The notes beneath the pieces are model-generated. The model was given only the letters and a program-made list of their open reading frames with translations. It searched no databases and was not told where the DNA came from. A stretch of 62,942 nucleotides of DNA, the filler included, from Reticulomyxa filosa (Eukaryota; Protista; Foraminifera): NCBI GenBank assembly GCA_000512085.1. It is 18 parts of 18 records of this genome, joined end to end, with 100 filler letters (N's around TTAATTAATTAA, not from the genome) between each part and the next. Parts side by side here need not be neighbours in the genome. Positions count along the whole stretch, not along the records: positions 39,231 to 52,690 come from ASPP01006158.1; positions 52,791 to 53,893 come from ASPP01043413.1; 16 more parts are not named here. One strand, 5' to 3'. Position numbers and translations under genes: made by a program. The first letter of the stretch is position 1. Every line of letters begins with the position of its first letter. Of this stretch, positions 40,866 to 53,993 are shown piece after piece.

Positions 40866-41904
40866 CATATGTATACGATTTTGTCAATGCCAATCTTTGG
40901 AATTTGTAAATCATAAATATATATATATGTTACCTTTGAGGCGACGTTGCATGAAATGTCTTCACAGGGAAACAACGTCCCGTAACATGAAACACCGGAC
41001 AGTCAAAAAAGTATCTGTGTTTGTGTTTTGTTTGCTCCGTTTACGGTGATAATTTCAAGCAATACAAACACAGAAAACTTGGAGAATTTGTTGACATCCA
41101 ACGTGGCTGACGTAACCAACAGCTTAAATGGTTTGGCGTGTTCACTGGCCGTCTGCTTACGTTGTAGCACAATGTCTCTTAAAATTGCAAAGAGAATATC
41201 CGTTTGCAACGACCTCTCATGTGCTTCATCCAAAATCACACAGTCATATCTTCGCAATAATTTATCATGCAATACCTCTCTCAATAATATGCCGTCTGTC
41301 ATATAACAGATTTGTGTGTGTTCATTCGTACAATCGCTAAAGCGAATTCGATATCCGACCAAATTGCCAAGCTTGCATCCCATTTCTTGTGACACACGTA
41401 ATGACAGTGACGTCGCCTATGTATTTGTGTCGGCCTTATTTTCTTCCCTTTTCTTTCTCTCTGTCTCTCTCTTTGTTCCCCATCGTCGCACGAAAATGTA
41501 AGCTACTCAACTCCAACTCGACGTGGCTGAGTCACACATATGTTTCGAAATCCCGCGGCGTACAGAAATTGGGATAATTGCGTCGACTTCCCACTGCCCG
41601 TCTCTCCTGTCACGACTACACAGTCATTCTTCAATATCAAATTCATTATCTCTTCTTTATAGTCCTCAATTGGCAAATGCTTCTTTTCAATTGCATTTTC
41701 TTGGATTAAACGTTCATTCATTCTCCGTTTCTTTGTCTTTTCGGCGTGGTTATTGGATTTATCATTATAGTTACTTTTGTGCCGTTTTCTCGGACGTTCT
41801 TCGGACGGAGATTTTGAGCGACCAGATCCACGACTAGAACCAAGCAACGCAGAACGAGAGCGCTTGCGTTTTCTATTGTGCTCCGAAGTGGAAATAGTCG
41901 TCAT
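39231..41904 (-). CDS. DEAH-box RNA helicase (DHX40/DHX8-like); 3' end lost at linker
   Basis: GETGSGKSTQ, TQPRRV, MTDGILLRE, DEAHERS, SAT, LVFLTGQDEI, ATNIAETSLT, QRLGRAGR, HA2 domain and OB-fold VFIHPSSAL. Confidence 0.95.
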
Positions 41905-42237
41905 GATGTTTAGGATTATTTATTTGAACCTTTTCAATTTTTTTTAGGTATCACCCACTTTGTTTTGATGGCAGATGCCCTAACAAATTATCAAACATTA
42001 ACATGTATATTGGAATTACCAAAAGCAACAAATTGCTTACTAATTAATGATCCATGCATCTACAAATTTGAACAACTGAAGCCGTTACGTTTGAAAACAC
42101 TGGTACTGCTTTAAGAGAAAAGTTTTTCGGCAACGTTTTCACAAGTGTGCCAGGGTATAATTTTTTTTTGAAAAACTTTTGACTCGATCATAATAGTTTT
42201 TGTAACCTTTTCAGAAAATCGATAAAGAAAAGAAGCA

Positions 42238-43458
42238 ATGAATGTGATTGCAAATGATAAACCACGCCATTACGAACGAACGCAAGCAGTGTATCCAACA
42301 AGTGACTTGTACCCGGAACCGCTAACGCCCGAATTTGTGAATAGCGGTCCGCCGAATCGAGTAGGAAAAAATGGACAAACTCCTGCTCCATTTAACAAAT
42401 GGACACCATTTGATGCGCTCTACTATACCAACAACTGGTCTCATAAGATCAATGATGAAGAGCCTTTAAGGTTGTTCTATCACAACGTGACCAGAGGTGG
42501 ATTATCCATGCAGCCCGTGCAAAATTCGTTATGGTACAGCAGTTGGGTTTAGCAAAACAATTTTCCTTGTCTTCTTCAAAGTACGATAAGTTGTATCACA
42601 AAAATAATTAGCGAACGCAAATAATTTCAAATCCAAAAAAAACATGTAAATTTTGTGAATGTGAATATGAACAGCCCGATCCTATGACGATAACATCCCT
42701 GCACAAGTGGTTGGTGCATTGTTGGGACCAGGCTTACAATTGGGAGCAGTATTTGGTGTTTTTCATACTTACAATACAGCAAAAGAAGCAAACATTTTTC
42801 AATCGATAAGTATGCCACCAAACAGATGGCTACCACTGTCAAAAGCAACTCCTCTAGTTTGTTTTTGTATTTGCTTTGTTTGTTTGACCTTTTTTTCTCC
42901 ACAAATAAATATGTCACATGATCATAGTTCCGAGCGAGAATATTTTCGACGTGTGTTCTTCAATCGATGACGTTCTTTGGGGCCTATGCTTTGGCTGTTA
43001 TGTTCACGTTTATTCTTATTTTCTGCAACTTAGTTGTTGAAACAACCCTTGTCATGAACAATAGGATGGTGTTTTGTCAAAAACAAGACAAAGAGATGAT
43101 TTATTCAACTGTTTAGGTGGTGGTCTTGCTTCTGGGGTCGTTTTGGCCTCTTGGTGTTAAGTTGTCTTTTTCTTTTTTTTATACGTTGTGTCAAACAATC
43201 AACACAAAGCAAGTCTTGATAATAACAGTCAAGACACCTCTCAACACAATTCCACTCGGGTTTTGCTTTGGGCTATTTATGGCGTGGGCGCGCTTCTGTG
43301 CGTTGGATGATGGTACACCAAAGCTTGCATTCTCTTTTGACCGCCCATTGTATGGCGTATTAGGTGGCTTTCAAACGTGGTTGGCACAAACAGAACCTAA
43401 TGATGGTAGATTTTTGGCTCAGTTGTGGAACAAAAAATATCGGGATTGGGTCTTGTGA
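42238..43458 (+). CDS. Tim17/Tim22/Tim23-family (or NDUFA11-like) membrane protein with N-terminal extension
   Basis: GLQLGAVFGVF, FFGAYAL, and hand-translated exon DGVLSKTRQRDDLFNCLGGGLASGVVLAS (R..DD..N...GG..SG signature), then LGFCFGLF. Confidence 0.7.
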
Positions 43459-43869
43459 ATTTGTTTGCACTTTTGATTGCAATGTGATTTTCACTCTTGA
43501 GTGAACGATATTCAAAAAACTTTTTGAACAATACCTTTTGAAAAACTTTTTTCCAATTCAAGTCAAAAAATTTACAACTTCGCATATATATTATTCAAAT
43601 GTATTACATTTTCGATAATTTTTATGTTTTTTACCTTTGAGCTTATCAACATTATTCCAGTGATTGTTGTAATTTTTTTCAATAAACGAAGTCGAACTTA
43701 AGGGGATAGGAAAAAATATTCACAAGCACCGCCTTTTTTCTTTCCAGTTCCCCTTACCAAAAAAAAAACTTTGTCACAAAAACAGTTTACTATTTTGTAA
43801 TGGACTAAGCCTCGCTACAAATGAATCCATTTGCACAATAAATGTGAAAACAAAAGAGACGTACGATGA

Positions 43870-44379
43870 TCAATTTTTGTGCAATAGTTTATTTTGATTT
43901 TCTTTAATCCAGTCTCCAAACGACTCAAACTCTGCTCGATTAATCAGGCCATCGTTGTTGATATCACAGTAAGGAAGCAATACATCAACAATATGTTTCA
44001 CTGCCAATTTTGTTGTTGATGCATCCTGTTCCAATCCAAGAAAAAAAAAAGGCATGTTGGAGCGGGAAACAGTCTTTGTTCATTGTAAGTACATCACCTC
44101 TTTTGGGTCCTCGGTATCAGGAAATTTTTGCCTGTGTGATATGCATACAAGTCTGTACACTAATGAGTTCAGCTCGTTCTTGTCAATATATCCATTTCCG
44201 TCTCGATCGAATGATCTCCACAGACCTTCTAATTTTGTTTTATCCGGAGCTCCCATGTACTCCACAAGATCTATGACAAAAACACGGTAGCGTAAAGCAA
44301 AAAAAAAAAAGCTTGAAAACGAACATTGTATTTCCAATTCTACCAACGTATTCACATCATTGGATCCACAGCAACCCAT
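43870..44379 (-). CDS. Small two-EF-hand Ca2+-binding protein with MGCCGS N-terminus
   Basis: EF loops DRDGNGYIDKNE and DINNDGLINRAE. Myristoylation/palmitoylation-type N-terminus. Confidence 0.85.
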
Positions 44380-45673
44380 ATTTCACTGCTTTTCGGTGCC
44401 TAAAAAATATAATGAAAGGAGCTGTAGTTTACAAAAACTCTATTATTGGTGTCTAATGTAAGTTCAAACTTGTTCTAGAAGTTTAAAATTTGACGAAGTC
44501 CTGGTGGTACAAATCTTTGAGTCTTTCAGTCGCAAGAGAGGATCGCATTTGTAGTTTTAACAGAAAACGAAGTTCTTTTAAAATTTAAATACTGATAGAG
44601 ATTGTCAACAGAAATGCAAGCACGACAATTGAAAGTCCACAAAAGCAATTAAAAGTCTGCTGTTGTTGTTTTTGTGTTGTCTGCACACGCGTTTGATGCA
44701 GTTGATGGAACTGGGATAAGCCAAATAAATGGAGAATACAAACGTATAATATGAATATATGCGTTTATTTTCAATTCACTGCTATCTACGATTAGTTTTT
44801 GACTTTGTGTATATGTGTTGATATCATATTTGTACAATATGATTAAAAAATATTTTTGTATGTTCAAAAAGTAACAAATGACAATATTGTAATCCGTATT
44901 TAGTTGTATTTTAATTTTCACTAAAAAAGGAATTTTTACTTTGCTAAAATATGATAGTTAGAAGTTCAGAAATGAAATAGGAAAAAAATACTTAAAATGG
45001 ACTTACTTCAAAAAGTAATTCAAATACAGATTAATATAATTGCCACTACATCTTTTCTGTTTTGATTATAGGAATTTAATAATTATCATACGACGATTAG
45101 CAAATGACAATAAGAAAATGATGTGTTGAAAGTTTCGCACAACACAAAGCTTTTAAATTTCTATCGAATAGCTGAATTTGATTTTTGGCTGTTGAATCAC
45201 ATACACGAACTGTAGTATAATAGGATCTTCAAAACGACTAACGTGGCACAATTTGTTAATTGTTGGTCTTTCTGATTTCTGAAGTGAAGCGCTCCGAATT
45301 TTAAGGTTTTATTGATTGAGTACATTAGCAAACTTACTCAAATAAGCCATGCAATGATTTTTCTTTTTCTCAAATCCAGGTGGTTGCTGTGGCTTTTTGG
45401 TTCTATTCAGTGACAGATAAATCTAGAAGCCAGCTATCTGTTCCGAGTTTATAATTGAAAAAGATATATTGAGCAATTATCAAAAAATTGAAACAGTCAC
45501 AAGAGAGGCAAACATCTCAAAACATTTACACTACAAAATGACAAAAGATGAAAATAGGAAAAGTTTCCACGATCTCGCCCGCTATTTTTTTTATTTTATT
45601 ATTTTTTAAACAGGTGTGCCTTTTCAATTGTCTGAAATTACCTTTTTTCCGCCCGATAATTTTAATACTTGTT

Positions 45674-48575
45674 TCACATAATAGAACAGTCTGAGCCGCA
45701 GTCACAATTATGGCAGCCACCACCCCCTCCGCCCCCACCACATTCATGATGATGTCCACAGCAGTCTTTGCAACCGTCACAATTTCCACAGCAGTCGTCG
45801 TGGCTAATATCGTTACATTCATAAAAAAAAGGGTCATTGACTTAGAGCAAAAAAAAAAGGAGAACATTGAAAACAAGGAAAAAATGAAAATACGTAACAA
45901 GTCAACACCAAGTCCAGAGTCAAGTACAGGAATGTTTTCGACAGTAGACTGAATATCACCAAATGTTGCGGCCGAAGCTGCAAGAACAATTGCCGAGCCT
46001 CCAATCGCCAGGGCAGCCACAGTTCCTTTATTATTTCTCACCTAGTAAAGAGTAAAAAACGCACACACAAAAAAAGAAAAATTGTGAACAGAACAAATAA
46101 AAAGTAGAGTGAGGAGAGGGGGAAAAAAAAAAATTGAACATGCTGTACATAAAGTTTGTAAGAATTTTTTTGGTTATTTTTTTCCCATAATAAACTGCTG
46201 CCCATGCTTTGGATCTGACTTTGGAGTCTTTTTCATCTCCAGGATCGCCCAACAACCCTCTTCTTTGTAAATCTTCTTGACGTGTTTCGAAAGCGATTAA
46301 GGAAGTATACGGACTGGGAATTGAATGTTCGATCGACGTTTGAATCACCCTTTGTTGCACTTTTTCATCGTCAGAAAGCCATCCTTGCGCCGTGAGCAGG
46401 TCAAGTTTTTGTTTGATAAGAATTTTTTCCACCGGCAATTGAGTGGAGATCACTTTTGTGATAATTTCCTCTTTTTCCCCGTGTGGGTTAAAGCCTTGAA
46501 TAACTGCTTGTGTTGGTGCCTCGTTGTCTTCGGTTACATAGTGTGCCGCCACTATGACGGGAGAATATTCAAACAAATCGGGAATTGGATTCGGACACAT
46601 GTCAATCTCTTTGCCTTTGAAGTTGATTTCGATATCTGTCAGCACTGGCGTATTGGCCATCTTTAGCAAGTGATCAATTTTGTGATAGATTTTTTCGCGG
46701 TATACCACAACATCACTGAACCCTCGGCCAAGTCTCGACAACATTCTTTTTTTTTTTAAAAAAAGATTTAATATTTTTAATAATTAATTAATTAAAAAGT
46801 TTACAAAAAAAAAATGTATTTTATTTTTTGGTTATAAAAATAACTTTTAAAAAAAACCAATTGCAATAACTCCCAATTCCCAAAGTCAAAATTCGGGTTC
46901 GAAGATGCTGTTTTTCTAAAATGTCGTTGCAAATCTCCTTTTCATTTTGAACAGCACCGTCAGTGACCAAAACAATAAACGGCAAAAGCTCACTGGCTTC
47001 CAGCACTTCCAAAGCCTTTTCGATTGGGACGTCAATCACTGTGCCTCCATTTTCGGGGCCATACTGTTGAATCCATGACTTTGCTGCATTGACATTCTCT
47101 TTCGTCCCGCTCACTAACGTTGGGCGAAAGTAGCATTGGCGATGGTCAAACGAACAAATTGCAAATTGGTCCGAATCACGCAAGCGATCTAAGCCCCGGT
47201 ACAATGCTCTGGTAGCCTCCTGAAAAGGCTCTCCTTCCATCGATCCCGAACGATCCAGCAAGAAAAAGATCGCGCGTCCGAAGGTCGTGGTCAACGCCAT
47301 TGGAGGGGTTACGAATACACATAGCGAGTTGCTGTCTGGCTTGTCCGTGTTGTCATCGTTCCTCGTTATTGCGTGCGCTATTATTTTGTCTGCCTTCACA
47401 TTGTAGCTCATTTCGAAATCACGTCCGGTGCGGCTTAATGGTTCCTATTTCCATTTTTTAATTGTTTATTGGAGTTTTTTTTTCATTCGATCTTTTTTTT
47501 TTAATGCAGTTAAGAATTTTACATTGCCAGAAAACATAGGATGATCATCTTGTGCACCTTCTGCTATTGGATTGCAACCGAGTGTTTGCACAATAATGCT
47601 TCCGTCTTCCAATGTTTTTATATCAACCTCATGCGAGTAAACATGAACCTTTCATGTATGTGTGCGTGTACAAAAGGGTGCGTATTTTTTTTTTGTTTAT
47701 ATACGTAAAAAAAAAAAGAATAATCGGTTATTTGAACATGATATTTATTAAAAAAAAAGGGGGAGGAAGAATTAAAAAAAAAGGAAAACAGTAAAAAAAA
47801 CTTTGGTATTCGACGATAGCGCATTAATTTTGCAGCGAACTGTAACAACTTCTTCCCATTTTCCATCTTCTGCAATTGTTCCTTTTGGAAAGTACAATGG
47901 AATTAAAAGGCCATATCCTTTTTTGTAATACTCTAATGTTTGTAAATATTGACATTCCAAGTAAATTGATTCGCCTGCGCTGACCCCAGTAAACGGCAGG
48001 CGAAATAAGTCCGGAATGTATTGCTCATATGGATTTGCTCCTGATGGAGTTATATTTTCTCCATTTTTTCCTTTTGTTTGGTTTTCCTTTTTTTTTTGTA
48101 TTTGTTATTTACCATTTGTTGTATTTTTAATTTCTTTGATTTTTTTTTCCGATTTGTATCAAAACTTCAATTAGCTCATCTTTATCTTTATTCGAGATGA
48201 CAGCTGTTTGTAGTATGCGATTCTCACCAATACGCAATGATACATTCATTATCGTTCCCGATGTCGGTAACGCAAATACACAATCCAACTATATCGTTTG
48301 TCAATTTTCAAATATTTTTTCTTTTTACTGGCTTTTTTAACTGTGTTGTTCAGAACACATCAAGGAATATAAAACACTCATGTTCTCAGAACTGTCTTTT
48401 CTGTTTGGTTTTTCCAGTGTCCTTTCATCGAAATAATAGCAGTGGATACGTAGCATTCTACGTCCACCTTCAAGTTTTGACAATGGATTGTATACATCTG
48501 ATGTTCTTCATTTTCATCTAGAGCATCAAACACAATCACTGGACAGAGCGGCCGAAACCCATCAAAAACTGCCAT
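45674..48575 (-). CDS. VIT/vWA (inter-alpha-trypsin-inhibitor heavy chain-related) protein with Cys/His-rich tail ending in CaaX (CSIM)
   Basis: VIT-like N-terminal exons, MIDAS FLLDRSGSM, GGT, LVTDGAV, LGIG, PIPDLF, SPYTSLIA. Last exon HDDCCGNCDGCKDCCGHHHECGGGGGGGGCHNCDCGSDCSIM*. Confidence 0.88.
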
Positions 48576-48859
48576 TCTTTACTTAGTAGTGTGTGAAAAT
48601 AAACAAAAGCTCAAAGGGCCCTCACCAACTTTTTTTTTTGAAAAGACTACGTTTTTTTTGGGGTGGCTACGTGCCAGTTGTTTTGGAATATCCTTTTTAA
48701 GTTAGAAACATCTTGTGCTTTCCCTTCTTTCACAATTGTTCTTTATGTTAAAAGAAAAGTTTAAATTCAGAAAAGTATTTTATTTGTTTTATGTATTTTT
48801 CATCACCCACCAAATTCGAATTTTACAATCGATGTCATTATAATTTCATATGGAGAAAC

Positions 48860-49060
48860 GTCCACACATTTTACAGAATGATATTCTTTCAATATTTGTA
48901 TTTTCTTTTCGGATCTACATTCCATTAAACATTATACAATTATTTGACCATCTGGAAAATATTTTATATCATTCACATAATCTGAATGTTCTTTAAATTT
49001 TTTAAATATTTTACCAGATTCTACATTCCATAAATTAATTGTTTTATCGCTTGATGATGA
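48860..49060 (-). pseudogene. WD40-repeat relic
   Basis: SSSDKTINLWNVESGKIFKKFKEHSDYVN followed by frameshifts and stops. Confidence 0.65.
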
Positions 49061-50710
49061 TTATTCAGTAATGCCGCTGTGCCTACAGTTGAACCAGATT
49101 CACATACAATACCAAATATTCCATCAATGCAAATTACAATGATGTCACAATCAAATAAATCACCATTTGCGATCTCCAATGAACTAACATCAGATGAAAT
49201 TTTGTCGTCGTTGGATTTTGATTGTATTGTGATATTTTGTGATTGAAGGAAATTCCCGAATCATTCTAAAATGCCAATGCATACTTGAGACTCGGACGAA
49301 TAATGGTCTGTATAATAGATTATACGTAGATAGACTTGGCCTGACACCTTTGTATGTCGAATATCCAAGTGATTTGCCATAGATTTAATTATGCTTTGAA
49401 TAAGTCATGTGAAAATCAAGAAACAATCCAAGATAATTCACATTATCGCATTCTTTCAGGTTTGATTGCTGCAATTGCATCTTTGGGAATTTCCTCTTGT
49501 TTTGATGTCTAAATGTGATGCAATGAGTCTTATCAGCTGCAAGTAACATCTTCCATTTATTCGACCAAATGGATACTTCATCCAGACTTTTCTGCAATAA
49601 TTGTAATTGATCACCCATTTCATCGATATCACTTGTAAATATCGATGTCCAAAGTGCAACATTATCAAGCATTCCACACTGAATATGTTGATGGACGACT
49701 GTCGGTAAATTATTAATATACAATAAGTACAATATTGGGGATAAATCATATCGAATTCCATCAATCTGAATTGTTCAATTCAATACAACTCTTCCAAGTC
49801 GATCTAATAAAAAACTGTCAACCCATCAATATAATCTTACATCTAATTTAAATTCATTTATCATTTTATATCTCAATCAATTTCTCCAAACACTATCATA
49901 CGCTGCAAAAATGTCTAATAACACTGCATATGTCACTGAATTGTAATTAAATGCTTGTGAATCGTCTCAGCCAATCTAAATAACAATTCGTCTGTGTTAT
50001 GCTACGATTGTAATCATGCTTGTGTTTAATGTAATAACTGTTTCTCATTCAACCACCACATTAATCCTTGTGATGATCATTTAAATCAATTTAACAACAC
50101 TAAATTCCTTCGTATTTTTGCTTACGAAACTTGTTCTTTGATTTTTGAACTCTTTCGTAATCGACATAGACTATCACTCCGCCATGGCTTGTTGACTTTC
50201 CAAATCATTCTGATACCAATTGTCGCTTCTCCAGCTTCAACAACACATTTGATCCAATATTCGACTGCTTTGTCCAAGTCTCAATCTTTTGTCTTCAATT
50301 CGTGGTGATGACCGCGTGGTTTTGATATTGAACGTGATTTGGATATGATCTTAGTGCACGTCCAATTCGACATCATTCTCCAATTACTAATTAATTGAAG
50401 AATAGACGATGAACATAATATGATATCAATGCTTGATCAAATGGCAATGTATTGATAATGTCCAATCTATTGGATACAATGAAATCAAGAATACATTCAC
50501 CCACATCATCGATATTATGATCCAACCATGCAGGATGATGTGCATTCCAATCTCCTTCAATGACAATATATTCAGTCATTTTCATACCAGGTTGTAATTC
50601 TTGCTCGAACGCTTGAATATTGAAATGATTACACTGCAAATTTCGATAGAGCTTGGAAAAGATGAAAATATTTTCTTCATAACGATAATAGTACATCTGT
50701 TTCTGCATTT
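49061..50710 (-). mobile_element. Decayed non-LTR retrotransposon (APE endonuclease + RT, possible RNase H remnant)
   Basis: GDWNAHHPAW...G..ILDF...LDIIN (APE), KPW linker, AVLLDIFAAYDSVW, LYLLYINNLP, degenerate YADD region (MLDNVALW), W..KWKMLLAADKT, YLGLFLD, IVRPSL. Many stops and deletions. Confidence 0.88.
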
Positions 50711-50903
50711 GATTGAAAAGTATTCTGATTTAAAGGCGTGATAAAAACAACAATAATGAGTTGGTTTGTTGTGTTCTAAAATTATGTCATAAGCACAAAA
50801 ATAATTTGTATTAAATATTGATTTTTCTAATCACCCTTTTTTGCTCATGCATAAAAAAAGGTAATTTTACCTTGGATGGATGTTGTCAAAGATGAACTGA
50901 AAG

Positions 50904-52277
50904 ATCACACAAAATTGAAATAAAATGCATAAGTATCGACATTGGACCGTCGCTAAAATAAACAAACAAAGAAGTAAAAAAAAAACAAAAAAGTTCAACG
51001 AGTGAATACTTTCTGACTCGCCTTAGGGTGCAACATGTATCCAACGGAGTCAGTACAAGGAACAAGGTTGATAGTAACCAAGTCTTCAAACAAATGTTGC
51101 ACTCCGTCACCAATCTCAGGATCGACATTTCCATAGATGTAACATGCAACACTTTTGAAAGTATTGTCAGTGGCGAGCAATTGCTTAAGTTTTTCAATTA
51201 ACACAAACCACGATCTTCTTCTAAAAAAGTCCTCGATACGTACTGCGTGAGGAGAGGAGGCTGGCTTCATCGTCGAAGACGAACACTTATACGTATCGAC
51301 GACGTTTCCCTTTGTCGTTTTGTTCATTGCAATCTTGTCTTGATCACACTTCGGTGATGATGAACTATCACTTGTCCTTGTTTGGACTGACTCTTTTTTG
51401 TCTGTGCCACTCCATATTGTAGTGCCCTTGGCACTTGGCAAAGTGCAAGCATCTACACTTTGACTATTGTATCGAGGATTGACACCGATTGCACACTCGG
51501 AAGTTGAAATTAATGGAGTTGTGTTGTTGTCTTCTTTTTTTTTCATTGTTTTTGCATTGTCAATATTTCCATTAACATTGATATTAACATTGATATTAAC
51601 ATTGTTATTGCTATTATCAGTGTCATTTTATCATTGTCATTTTTAATATCATTCTCATTGTCATCATTATTATCATTATCATCATTGTCATCACTTTGAG
51701 ATAAAGAAAAGCAGATTTTGAAAATAAAAGCTTTTTTCTTGCATGGATTTGCATGTTTGTTGTTTCGGTGATTTCATATTGTTTTGAAAGGTTGTAATGA
51801 CCCAATGAGACAGGATCCGCTACTCCCTCCACTTTTTTTTGTTGGGACTCCACCAATCCTTCACTCTTTTGTCTTCTTGGAGGCAGTGCCGGCAATGGTC
51901 GATTCGGTGCTTGGTCGATATATCTCAGCGATCGCTGTCGTTCGTACACTTGACTACGCACAGACCTTGAATCAGTGGTCTTTTTTTGATACGTCATTGC
52001 CATCTACCGCACAAATCAGATTTAATGCACTCTGACTAGTCCAGTTTACTTTATTCAGTTTTTTTTCTTTCACATTCCCGATGTTTGATACGCTACCGTG
52101 CTTTTTCAGATTTGAGTGATTACTTTCAGTCTGAGTTCGTGTCAGCCAATCTCTTGCTTCAACAAACGCTAATTTCAACCCAATTGTCTGCGAAAATGCT
52201 ACCAAATGGTTAGCATTTTTTGGAGAAAAGCCAAAAGTTTCCACATACTTGGCATAGACCTTTTCTGCTTGTGACAT
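50904..52277 (-). CDS. Hypothetical protein with low-complexity centre; homopolymer frameshifts
   Basis: Consecutive coding-like ORFs from MSQAEKVYAKYVETFG to a globular-looking C-terminal block (RIEDFFRRRSW...GYMLHP). Confidence 0.55.
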
Positions 52278-52790
52278 TTTCCTCTGTTTTCCCGTTCTTA
52301 TCAAACTGAACGTTAGTACTGCAGCTGTATTTTTTTGTCGATCCGAAAGATCACAATGAAGGTCAGGTTTATGCGATCTTTCTAATATTTCGGAACTTTA
52401 AATGAACTGAACAATACTCAATCAAATTGATTTTCAACATATATTAATAATGAAGAAATTTTTTTGTTGATTTGTTTTGCAATTTTATTTTAATCGGTCA
52501 AACAAATGTTTGTAATACTATCAAATTGAAATAATTTTTTTATGCGAATAAAAATTGTTGATATTGTGATAAGTTAGAAAAATCTGAAATAATTTTTAAA
52601 AATATCATCATGTGAATATAATGCCACCAAGACGAGTTCAAAAAGCATTTACAGTATGTTGCAAAGAAAACTGAACGCATAAAACGATATNNNNNNNNNN
52701 NNNNNNNNNNNNNNNNNNNNNNNNNNNNNNNNNNTTAATTAATTAANNNNNNNNNNNNNNNNNNNNNNNNNNNNNNNNNNNNNNNNNNNN

Positions 52791-53760
52791 ATTGCTGAAT
52801 CCATGTTTCATCATAATGTTCAGTAGTAGTATAAATATTAGCAAACCAAACAAATATTTTAAGATATCTTTCAATATCTCGTAAAGATACCAAAGCTCTA
52901 TCTTGTAATTTTCTACGAACAAAATCTTGAGATTTACAAATTTGCTCAGTAATACCATTTACTTCTTTGTCAAATATTTCATAAATATTTTGATGTAAAG
53001 GTTGTTTTTCCAATTTTTTATCATTTCCAAAATATATTGTTGTTCATCCAAATTGGATAAGGATCCAAACTGCCAAATATGAAATTTCACTGTTTCACTC
53101 AATGGAAAAACACAATATACAAATATACTCAATTTATCATCTCGGAACCATCCAATATCTGGTGATGTATAAATTCATCTAAAAATAGCCATACGTCTTT
53201 GGATTTAGTTTTTTATCCATATTTTCTTCTTTTAAATCTGTAATATCAAAACCATCATTACCATTAATTTCTATCAATTTTTCTTCGCATTCCTCAATTG
53301 CTTGACGAATATGAATTCTTTCAAATCCTTCATGAATTTCCACTGCTATTAATTCAACATCCATTGCATAAGAAAGAAATTTTGTTAAAGCTGTTTTACT
53401 ACATCCTCTGTTTATTTGTTTGTAATAAGAAATTATTTATAAAAATAAAATAAATAGCTAATGCATACGTTTCTCCCATCAAAACAGCCTATAAAAAACA
53501 AACAAATCAATTAGTATCTATAAATTCAATACAATGGTACATACTGGCAGATTGGATCTGATTTTGCTAAGGATAGCCAACATCTTCAATACATGATCAT
53601 AAGTCAATACATAAATTTATTTAAAATTCTTTCTTGTTCCTGTTTTGTGACTCCGATCGTTTCTCTTGTCCATTTTCATATATCACAGTTCGTAAATCCT
53701 CTTTTTGTTTTTCCTATATTTAACATAGAATTGAAACAATTTAAAATCATTAAGCAATAT
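52791..53760 (-). pseudogene. RNF213/mysterin-like AAA+ ATPase relic
   Basis: YVLTYDHVLKMLAI...NLP | VLMGET | GCSKT (Walker A, two introns), VWLFLDE (Walker B), VYCVFPL...WQFGSL...EQQYI, SQDFVR...VSLRDIER. Two frameshifts and the sensor-1 segment is missing. Confidence 0.8.
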
Positions 53761-53993
53761 GATATTATTTTTTTTTTGTTTAATCTGATCTTTCCAAATA
53801 ATAACGAAGCACAATAAATACAAAATAATTTTTAGTGTATATATCAAATATATATGTATATGTTTTTGAATTGGAATTTACATACCATCTTGANNNNNNN
53901 NNNNNNNNNNNNNNNNNNNNNNNNNNNNNNNNNNNNNTTAATTAATTAANNNNNNNNNNNNNNNNNNNNNNNNNNNNNNNNNNNNNNNNNNNN

